Assembly (NCBI GenBank): GCA_963806225.1
Contig: CAWDXG010000004.1
Coordinates: 4,416,001 to 4,480,000 of the forward strand
Direction: 5' to 3'
From: an uncultured delta proteobacterium
GTDB lineage: Bacteria; Myxococcota_A; Polyangia; Polyangiales; Polyangiaceae
Length of the DNA stretch: 64,000 nucleotides
Positions 57,801 through 64,000 of the stretch are shown piece by piece. The notes under the pieces are model-generated. The model saw only the letters and a program-made list of their open reading frames with translations. It searched no databases and was not told the origin of the DNA. The stretch's first letter is position 1, and each line of letters starts with the position of its first letter. Both the position numbers and the translations under genes were made by a program.

Positions 57801-58787
57801 CTCGAGCGGATAGCGCGCGAGCTTCTGGAGCTCCGCGACGTGGAAGCGCCGGATGCGCTCGCCATCGCGGCGCTGCGAGCGGCGGTGGGTCTGCTCCTTG
57901 CGGGCGAGCGCGGGCTGGCGACGGAGCTAGTCGGCGCGGTCCGCCAGCGCGGCGCGGCAGAGCCCGAGAGCCCCGTCACCCAGGCGTGGCTCTGCATCTT
58001 CGACGCGATCGAAGCGCTCCACGCGGGCGACCTGAGCCGCTACCTCGAGCAGGAGCGCGCTGCGCTGGAGCACTACGAGCAGGCCGGCGATCTGCGCCGC
58101 GCGCTCAACGAGTCGGTCAGCGTCGGCTATGCGTACATGGAGCTGGGCGCGTACCGCGAGGCCGAGGAGGCGCTCCGTGCTGGGCTCGAGGCCGCCGAGC
58201 GCAGTGGCCTCGCGCATCCAGCGGCGGCGGCACGGCACAACCTGGGCCTCGTGGTGGCGCATCTGGGACGCGTCGACGAGGGGGTCGAGACGGAGCGCGC
58301 CGCGATCGCCACGTTCGTGAAGCAGCAGGATGTACGCCTCGAAGCTGCGGGGCGCATCTACCTCGCGTGCATCCACCTGCTCGCGGAGCAGCACGAGCTC
58401 GCGGCACACGAGGCGAGCGAGGGCGTCGCGCTTGCCAGGGAGGCTGCCCCGCCGGTTGTGCCCATGGCGCTTGCGGCGCTGGCCCAGGCGCGGCTCGCGC
58501 AGGGCCGCGCCGGCGACGCGCACGACGCGATCAACGCGGCGCTGGAGCAGGCGCGCTCGAGCGGCGAGATCGAAGGCGGCGATTCGCTGCTGCACCTGGT
58601 GCTGGCCGAAACACGCCACGCGCTCGGCGACCAGGCCGGAGCCCGGAGCGCGATCGCCACCGCACGCGATCGGCTGCTCGACCGCGCCGCCAGGATCCGC
58701 GATCCTTCTCTGCGCCAGAGCTTCCTCGAGAACGTGCGCGACAACGCGCGCACGCTCGAGCTCGCCGGGGCGTGGCTCGGCGAATAG
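54900..58787 (+). CDS. Ser/Thr kinase - degenerate cyclase-like - AAA/STAND ATPase - TPR protein
   Basis: GEGGMG, VALK, HRDLKPAN, DFG, APE; GPAGIGKS, LVLEDLQW, GNSFYLEE, FRHALVRE; helical repeats. Confidence 0.92.
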   Translation: MSRVMRAGDLVADRFELLELAGEGGMGVVFRARDRQRGVDVALKLLRDETVWHEARRSRFAREARVLAELRHPNVVQYVAHGVDEAERYYLAMEWLEGEDLAARLQREGLTVDESLGVARQAASALAHAHAQGVVHRDLKPANLFLVDGRVDRIKVLDFGLARLRLNAEQAVTLTRNGVPIGTLGYMAPEQARGQGDVDASADVFSLGCVLFECLTGREVFCGDHILAVLAKIVLDDAPRVRELRPDVPRDVDRLVKRMLEKECSARFANGASLLSALSALGDRLAAGAAPSIRPSGLTRDERVVLSVILVGQAYGLSDDTLSAAALDDLLFGLRARADAYDARLEPLADGSLVLTLMGHEAASDQASRAARCALDFRAALPDVKMALATGWGVAAGRLPVGDVVDQAARLLAFETAPDAVRIDDVTAGLLPSRFQVSGDAGGLTLLVERDVAAPARLLLGKPSPCVGRRRELGTLEAIAAECSGEPVSRAVLITGPAGIGKSRLRYELVKRLEARGDAELWIARGDSMRAGSPFGLLAQTIRRACNMANDEPLDVQQLKLALRVARHVPQGDRARVAEFLAEPCGVPFVGDVSVQLRAARQDAMLMSDQIRRAWEDFVQAECRAHFVLLVLEDLQWGDLPTVKLVGGALRSAQELPLMVLGVARPEVHDVFPGLWSDRSLHKLTVGGLSRRAGVELARGMLGESASDAEIDRIVERASGNSFYLEELIRAHAEGRYAALPETVLAMVQSRLEAMEQEARRVLRAASVFGQVSWLGGVAELLGGPGHVGEAREWLTELETREVISRRSASRFSGETEYTFRHALVREAAYAMLTDADRVLGHRLAGYWLEGAGESDASLVAEHLEQGGERERAVPWWLAAAESALDASDFDAAAEHAQRGVGCDAEGEVLGALLLVLAEAERWRGAPDHAERTARQAMRLLPRGGARFCHALAELALLYQRLGRPAELERIARELLELRDVEAPDALAIAALRAAVGLLLAGERGLATELVGAVRQRGAAEPESPVTQAWLCIFDAIEALHAGDLSRYLEQERAALEHYEQAGDLRRALNESVSVGYAYMELGAYREAEEALRAGLEAAERSGLAHPAAAARHNLGLVVAHLGRVDEGVETERAAIATFVKQQDVRLEAAGRIYLACIHLLAEQHELAAHEASEGVALAREAAPPVVPMALAALAQARLAQGRAGDAHDAINAALEQARSSGEIEGGDSLLHLVLAETRHALGDQAGARSAIATARDRLLDRAARIRDPSLRQSFLENVRDNARTLELAGAWLGE

Positions 58788-58844
58788 CACGCCCCTTGCG
58801 CGACTATGCGTTCATCTCCAGGTTGGCAGACCAACCGGTTGGTC

Positions 58845-60005
58845 ATGTTCGTCCTTCACGCCCTTGTCGCAGCCCTGTGGCTCGCGTTCCGCATGCTTTG
58901 GGAGATCTTCTGGGGCCTTGCGCTCGGCTTCACCATATCCGCGATCATCGAGACCTTGGTCTCCAAGGACGAGATGTCGCGGCTTCTTCCGGACGCCTCG
59001 CCGCGCTCGCTCGGGTTCGCCAGTGTCCTCGGCGCCGCGTCCTCTTCGTGCTCCTACGCCGCGGTGGCGATGGCGCGGTCCATCGTCCGCAAGGGCGGCG
59101 ACTTCACCGCCGCCATCGCCTTCCAGTTTGCGGCTACCAATCTGGTGCTGGAGCTGGGCGTGCTGCTGTGGCTCTTGTTGGGCTGGCAGTTCACCGCCGC
59201 CGAGTTCCTCGGAGGCGCGGTGATGATCGTGGGCCTGGCGATGCTCTTCCGTCTGCTGCTACCGGCGCCGAAGGTGAAAGCGGCCCGCGCCCAGGCCGAC
59301 AAAGGGGTCGTCGGCAGCAGCATGGAGGGCCACGCCCAGATGGCGATGAGCGCCCGCCAGGGCCGCTGGCTCGACCGGCTCAGGTCGAAGCAGGGTTGGA
59401 TCGCCATCAGCCACGACTACGTCATGAACTGGTCGATGTTGTGGCGCGACATCCTCGCTGGCGTTCTCATCGCCGGGGCTCTCGGCAGCTGGGTGCCGCA
59501 TGCCTTCTGGCAGTCGTTCTTCCTGGTGCACCATCCGCTGCTGGCGCCGATCTGGGGGGCTGTCATCGGTCCGCTCATCGCCCTGATTAGCTTCACGTGC
59601 TCGGTGGGCAACGTGCCTCTGGCGGCGGTGCTCTGGAACGGCGGTATCAGTTTCGGCGGGGTCGTTGCCTTCATCTTCGGCGACCTCATCATCGTCCCGA
59701 TCCTGCTCATCTACCGAAAGTACTACGGCGGCTGGATGACGGGCTTCCTGTTCATCACTTCCTACGCGACCATGGTGGTGGCGGCACTGGTGGTGGAAGG
59801 GGTCTTCGCGCTGTCCGGTTGGACGCCATCGGTGCGCCACGCCACCGTCGTCACCGCCAGCATCAGCTGGAACTACACGACAGTGCTCGACCTGGTCTTC
59901 GGCACCGTGAGCGTACTGCTCGTCGTCGTATTTGCCAGCACCGGCGGAGTGAAGATGATGCGGCACATGAAGCAAATGGACGCCCCGTCGCACGGACACG
60001 GCTAG
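58845..60005 (+). CDS. DUF318/ArsP-type permease
   Basis: GAASSSCSYAA, FTCSVGNVPLA, multiple TMs, His/Met-rich loop and tail. Confidence 0.85.
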   Translation: MFVLHALVAALWLAFRMLWEIFWGLALGFTISAIIETLVSKDEMSRLLPDASPRSLGFASVLGAASSSCSYAAVAMARSIVRKGGDFTAAIAFQFAATNLVLELGVLLWLLLGWQFTAAEFLGGAVMIVGLAMLFRLLLPAPKVKAARAQADKGVVGSSMEGHAQMAMSARQGRWLDRLRSKQGWIAISHDYVMNWSMLWRDILAGVLIAGALGSWVPHAFWQSFFLVHHPLLAPIWGAVIGPLIALISFTCSVGNVPLAAVLWNGGISFGGVVAFIFGDLIIVPILLIYRKYYGGWMTGFLFITSYATMVVAALVVEGVFALSGWTPSVRHATVVTASISWNYTTVLDLVFGTVSVLLVVVFASTGGVKMMRHMKQMDAPSHGHG

Positions 60006-60008
60006 CCG

Positions 60009-60971
60009 CTAGTTGTCGAAACGCTCCAGCGTTGTCCAGGGGAAAGGCCGCCAGAACGGGGTCTTCACCGGGTCGCCCGTCTTCAGTTCGAACCAGACCG
60101 CCTTCGGCGCCGGGCGCAGCACCTGGAAGCTCTGCGCCGGCATGTAGCTCTGGCCCAGCAGGGCGACGCGCCGACCCTGGGCGTCCCGCGCGAGATCCAG
60201 CACCAGCACGGAGTGGCCGGGATTGCCGGGCATGATGAAGAAGTCGCCGGGCGCGAGATCAGCGGGCTTCACGCGCTTGGCCTGTCGCGCGACGCTAACC
60301 GTGTTGGCCCAGGCGAAAACCGCGTCGAGGTAGTGGCGGAAGGCGCGATGATCGCTCGCGGGTTTCGATGCGGGCTGCCAGCGGATGTTGGCGCCGTTCG
60401 CTCTGACCCGTTCGCCGCGCGCCCAGCGCGAGAAGGGCAGCAACGTGCCGCTCGCGGCGCGGTAGGTCATATCGCGGCGCCCCTTCGACCACTGCCATTC
60501 CGCGTTCATGCGGATGACGGCGTCGGCGCACTGCTGCAGATCCGCCTTGCCCACGTCGATGGCGACGACCGCTGCAATGCGCGGATCGCTCGCGGGGTGC
60601 AGCACCGTGCCCGCGTAGCTCACCACGGGTGTGCCAGGCGCGGCCAGCGGCAGCCCGCGCAGCCACGCTCCGAAGCTGCGGGCGGAAAGCCGCACGCGCG
60701 AAAAGCCCTGCGGAGCGGGGAAGCGCGCCTGGAGCGTGTCGACCGGCGCGGGGGCGTGCGCGCCGGGGTCGGTTAGCCAGGCGTACGCCTTGCGATCGAT
60801 CGGTCGCTGGTGCGGGACGCGAGGCGGCGTCGTGGGCGCGGACGCGGCGGGTACGGCAAGGGCGACGGGCGCCGCGCTGCGAGCCGGCTCGGCCCGCGCC
60901 GCCGCCGCGTGGTCGCACGCCCCAAGCGCGGGCAGTGCCAGGAACAGGAGGCAGGCCCGGACCCGTGCCAT
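60009..60971 (-). CDS. DUF4846-family lipoprotein
   Basis: Lipobox LGAC; WLRGLPL, DLQQCADAVIR, PGH.V.V.D, GQSYMPAQ. Confidence 0.85.
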   Translation of the reverse strand: MARVRACLLFLALPALGACDHAAAARAEPARSAAPVALAVPAASAPTTPPRVPHQRPIDRKAYAWLTDPGAHAPAPVDTLQARFPAPQGFSRVRLSARSFGAWLRGLPLAAPGTPVVSYAGTVLHPASDPRIAAVVAIDVGKADLQQCADAVIRMNAEWQWSKGRRDMTYRAASGTLLPFSRWARGERVRANGANIRWQPASKPASDHRAFRHYLDAVFAWANTVSVARQAKRVKPADLAPGDFFIMPGNPGHSVLVLDLARDAQGRRVALLGQSYMPAQSFQVLRPAPKAVWFELKTGDPVKTPFWRPFPWTTLERFDN

Positions 60972-60989
60972 GGCTCTCTCGAGTGTGGC

Positions 60990-62228
60990 TCAGCCGAGGC
61001 CGCGCAGGTCCGTCGCTTCCTTCACGCGCTGGACTGCCAGGATGAACGCGGCGGTGCGCATCGAGCACTTGTGCTGATCCATCGTCTTGACGATCGACCG
61101 ATGCGCTGCCGTCATGTGCTCTTCCAACATGCGGTTGACCTGCTCCTCGGACCAGCGGAGCTTCTGCGTGTTCTGGGTCCACTCGAAATAGCTGACGGTC
61201 ACGCCGCCCGCGTTGGCGAAGATGTCCGGAACGCACGTGATGCCGCGTTTCTGGAAGATCTCGTCCGCCTCCGCGGCGGTGGGCCCGTTGGCGGCTTCCA
61301 GCACGTACTTCGCCTTCACGTCACGTGCGTTCGACGAGGTGAGCACGTGCCCCAGCGCAGCGGGCGCGAGGACATCGCAGTCGCAGGTCAAGAGCGCCTC
61401 GTTCGAGATCGGCTCCGCACCTTCGTAGTCGACGACGCTGCTCGTATCGTGGGAGTGCTCGAGCACTTTCGGGATGTCCAGCCCGTCGCCGTTGAAGATG
61501 CCGCCGCGCACGTCGCTGACTGCGACGACGCGCGCGCCGCGTTCGTGGAGTAGCCTGGCGAGCCAGCTTCCGACGTTGCCGAACCCCTGGACCGCGAACT
61601 TCGTGCCTTCGAGCTTCTTTCCGGCCGTGCCCAGCACTTCGCGGATAGCCAGCATGCAGCCGCGCCCCGTCGCCGCTTCGCGTCCGTAGGAGCCGTGCAG
61701 GTCGACGGGCTTGCCCGTGACCACGGCCGGGGTGAAGCCGTAGCGCTTGCTGTACTGATCGAAAATCCAGCTCATCACCGCGCCGGTGGTGTTCATGTCC
61801 GGGGCGGGGATATCGGTGTCGGGTCCGATCAGCACGGCGATCTGGTCGACGAAGCGCCGGGTCAGCCGCTCCAGCTCCCTGCGGCTGAGCTGGTGCGGGT
61901 CGACCTGGATGCCGCCTTTGGCGCCGCCGAACGGGATACCGACGGCCGCGGTCTTCCACGTCATCAGGCTCGCGAGCGAGCGCACCTCGTCCAGGTCGAC
62001 GTCCGGGTGGTAGCGCAGGCCGCCCTTGAACGGTCCGCGCGAGTCGTCGTGCTGGATGCGGTAGCCGATGAAGTTGCCGATGGTGCCATCATCGAGCTCG
62101 ATGACCAGCTCCACCCGGAGCTCGCGGCTCGGGGTAAGCAGCAGCGTTTCGTAGCGCGAGCCGAGCTTGAGGAGTTCGAAGGCGTTGTGCAGGTAGTGGT
62201 TGGTTGTGTCGGTCGCGCTCATCGCCAT
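60990..62228 (-). CDS. gdhA: Glu/Leu/Phe/Val dehydrogenase (glutamate dehydrogenase-like)
   Basis: GPFKGGLRYHP, FGGAKGG, DIPAPD, QGFGNVG, EAANGP, NAGGVTVSYFEW. Confidence 0.92.
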   Translation of the reverse strand: MAMSATDTTNHYLHNAFELLKLGSRYETLLLTPSRELRVELVIELDDGTIGNFIGYRIQHDDSRGPFKGGLRYHPDVDLDEVRSLASLMTWKTAAVGIPFGGAKGGIQVDPHQLSRRELERLTRRFVDQIAVLIGPDTDIPAPDMNTTGAVMSWIFDQYSKRYGFTPAVVTGKPVDLHGSYGREAATGRGCMLAIREVLGTAGKKLEGTKFAVQGFGNVGSWLARLLHERGARVVAVSDVRGGIFNGDGLDIPKVLEHSHDTSSVVDYEGAEPISNEALLTCDCDVLAPAALGHVLTSSNARDVKAKYVLEAANGPTAAEADEIFQKRGITCVPDIFANAGGVTVSYFEWTQNTQKLRWSEEQVNRMLEEHMTAAHRSIVKTMDQHKCSMRTAAFILAVQRVKEATDLRGLG

Positions 62229-62303
62229 GCTGGGCTACCTCCTGCTGGACGCTCCGGGCCGGGAGCCCGACCACCATAGGCCCCACGGCATGGAACGCAA
62301 CGT

Positions 62304-63557
62304 CTAGGCGTGGGCGTTCACGACTGCCATCACTTCCTCGTCGTGGAGGATGTGATCGCTGTCTTTCGCCTTCGCGAGGATAGTCTTCACCAGCGTCTCG
62401 TTCGGTTCGATGTTCCGGGAACGGAGCCAGTAGGCCACGTTCGAAGCCCCGGACATGTAGCCGATGCAGATCTCCTGATGCCGCCCGAACATGCCGGCTG
62501 GCACGCCGCTGTAGATGCGGTCGGCGAGCCAGGCGTCGCCCTTGGCCTGGGCCTTGATGATTGCGGCGGCGTGCACGCCGGTTGCCGTGCGGAAAGCATC
62601 GCGACCGACGAGCGGATAGTTGATCGGTACGTCCCAACCCACGGCTTCGGCGGCTACCTGGCAGTACTCGAGCAGATACGACAGATCCTGGTCTTCCAGC
62701 AGCCCGAGCAGCTTGAGGTTGAGCAGGATGAGCTCCATCTGGGCATTGCCCACGCGCTCGCCGATGCCGAGGGCTGTGCCGTGAACGCGGTCGGCGCCCC
62801 ACTCCAGGGCGTAGATCGCATTGACCAACCCCAGGCCTCGATCGTTGTGCCCATGCCAGTCGATGCTCACGTTGTTCGCGCCCATGCCCGCGATGACGCT
62901 GCGCGTGAACTGGATCAGGTTGCGCGTGCCGTCGGGTGTGGAATGCCCCACCGTGTCGCACAGGCAGAGGCGCGACGCGCCGTGATCCACAGCCAGCTTG
63001 AACAGTTCCGCCAGGACCTCCGGGCGCGAGCGTGTCGTGTCTTCGGTGACGTACGCGACATCCAGTCCGGCTTTGACACCGACGTCGATGGCTTCCGCGC
63101 TGCGCTTCTTGATGAGGTCGAGGTCCCAATCCTCGGCAAGCGCCCGGATCGGGCTGGACCCGACGAAGGCATACACGTCGATGGGGATGCCCGCGCGTTG
63201 CGACAGCTCGATCATGGGCGTGATGTCGCTGGCCACGGTGCGGCCGGCGCACGACACCTTGATCTTCAGCCCGGAGGACGTGATCTCCTGGCACATGCGC
63301 AGGCAGTCATCGAACGCGCGCTTGGAGCTGCCCGGCAGCCCGATGTCGGCCTCGTCGATGCCGATCTTGTCCATCAGGTGCAGGAGCCTGAGCTTGGACT
63401 CGATCTTCGGATCGGTGACCGACGGATTCTGCAGGCCGTCCCTGAGCGTCTCGTCGAGGAATTCGACTGTCCTGGGGATGATGCGCCCTTTGCGGGCGAC
63501 CTCGTTCCAGTCGTAGATGAGCTCCCCCTCGGAGTTCTTGGCGGCGGAAAACGGCAT
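62304..63557 (-). CDS. LeuA-family (DRE-TIM) synthase without a C-terminal regulatory domain
   Basis: DETLRDGLQ, LCDTVG, HGHND, GIGERVGN, GVHA. Confidence 0.85.
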   Translation of the reverse strand: MPFSAAKNSEGELIYDWNEVARKGRIIPRTVEFLDETLRDGLQNPSVTDPKIESKLRLLHLMDKIGIDEADIGLPGSSKRAFDDCLRMCQEITSSGLKIKVSCAGRTVASDITPMIELSQRAGIPIDVYAFVGSSPIRALAEDWDLDLIKKRSAEAIDVGVKAGLDVAYVTEDTTRSRPEVLAELFKLAVDHGASRLCLCDTVGHSTPDGTRNLIQFTRSVIAGMGANNVSIDWHGHNDRGLGLVNAIYALEWGADRVHGTALGIGERVGNAQMELILLNLKLLGLLEDQDLSYLLEYCQVAAEAVGWDVPINYPLVGRDAFRTATGVHAAAIIKAQAKGDAWLADRIYSGVPAGMFGRHQEICIGYMSGASNVAYWLRSRNIEPNETLVKTILAKAKDSDHILHDEEVMAVVNAHA

Positions 63558-63687
63558 GCTGGGAGTATACGGCACGGCCCGCAGTCCCGCGCCCCGGGTT
63601 TGTCATGCCGCAGTGCGTCGCGGCGGTCGTGATGCTCGGCCGGCGCCGGTGATGGCGGCTTCGACGCCGGTCGCGTACGCTTGCAGC

Positions 63688-64000
63688 ATGGCTTGTCGAC
63701 GCTTGCACTCCAGCATCACCCTTCTGTTTGTCCTGGCGGCCTGCACGGGCGCCTGCACCTCGAACACCTTCATTTCCGGTAGTACGGGCGGCAGCGGCGG
63801 CTCGAGCGGTAGCAGCACGGGCGGCGCGAGCGGCAGCGGCGGCTCGGCCGGCAGCAGCACGGGCGGCGCGAGTGGCAGCGGCGGCTCGGCCGGCAGCAGC
63901 ACGGGCGGCGCGAGTGGCAGCGGCGGCTCGGCCGGCAGCGGCACGGGCGGTGCGAGTGGCAGCGGCGGCTCGGCCGGCAGCGGCACGGGCGGTGCGGGCG
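63688..64000 (+). CDS. 5' part of a lipoprotein with Gly/Ser linker (runs off the window)
   Basis: MACRRLHSSITLLFVLAACTGAC then STGGASGSGGSAGS repeats; no stop within the window. Confidence 0.7.
   Translation, partial: MACRRLHSSITLLFVLAACTGACTSNTFISGSTGGSGGSSGSSTGGASGSGGSAGSSTGGASGSGGSAGSSTGGASGSGGSAGSGTGGASGSGGSAGSGTGGAG
63814..63999 (+). repeat. 42-bp coding tandem repeat (~4.4 copies)
   Basis: AGCACGGGCGGCGCGAGYGGCAGCGGCGGCTCGGCCGGCAGC-type units at 63814, 63856, 63898, 63940 and 63982 (partial). Confidence 0.9.

Noticed and set aside
54900..58787. Kinase-ATPase-TPR protein as an Avs-type anti-phage system
   Set aside because: The architecture is typical of expanded myxobacterial signalling kinases; no nuclease effector or defence-island context is visible.
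63603..63986. Pro/Leu-repeat ORF on the minus strand
   Set aside because: Antisense of the Gly/Ser linker of the plus-strand lipoprotein starting at 63688.

Overview
GC-rich (~70% by eye) bacterial DNA, most consistent with Myxococcota (Polyangia-like): Cys-rich repeat lipoproteins, Gly/'DAG' linkers, sigma54 signalling and a Ser/Thr kinase-NTPase-TPR protein. Most of the window is signalling, envelope and metabolic genes (NtrC-type regulator, hybrid kinase, HpnI/ceramide-glucosyltransferase-like GT2, MscS-cNMP, OYE, membrane PPase, CorA, ECF/anti-sigma, REC-EAL, fluoride riboswitch-crcB, GDH, LeuA-family enzyme). Two regions stand out. (1) ~23.5-31.7 kb is an integron whose integrase is co-directional with, and upstream of, its cassette array. 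The integrase carries an internal deletion. The array has four intact-looking attC sites, several damaged ones and six toxin-antitoxin modules, most with their own leaderless-type promoters. (2) 35.2-36.8 kb holds a radical SAM/SPASM enzyme translationally coupled to a small Zn-ribbon/lipobox protein with Cys-Tyr-Gly at the lipidation site, a candidate splicease-modified lipoprotein system, followed by an M15 peptidase. About eight otherwise intact genes have small frameshifts, probably sequencing errors. All calls come from motif recognition by eye; no database searches were run.
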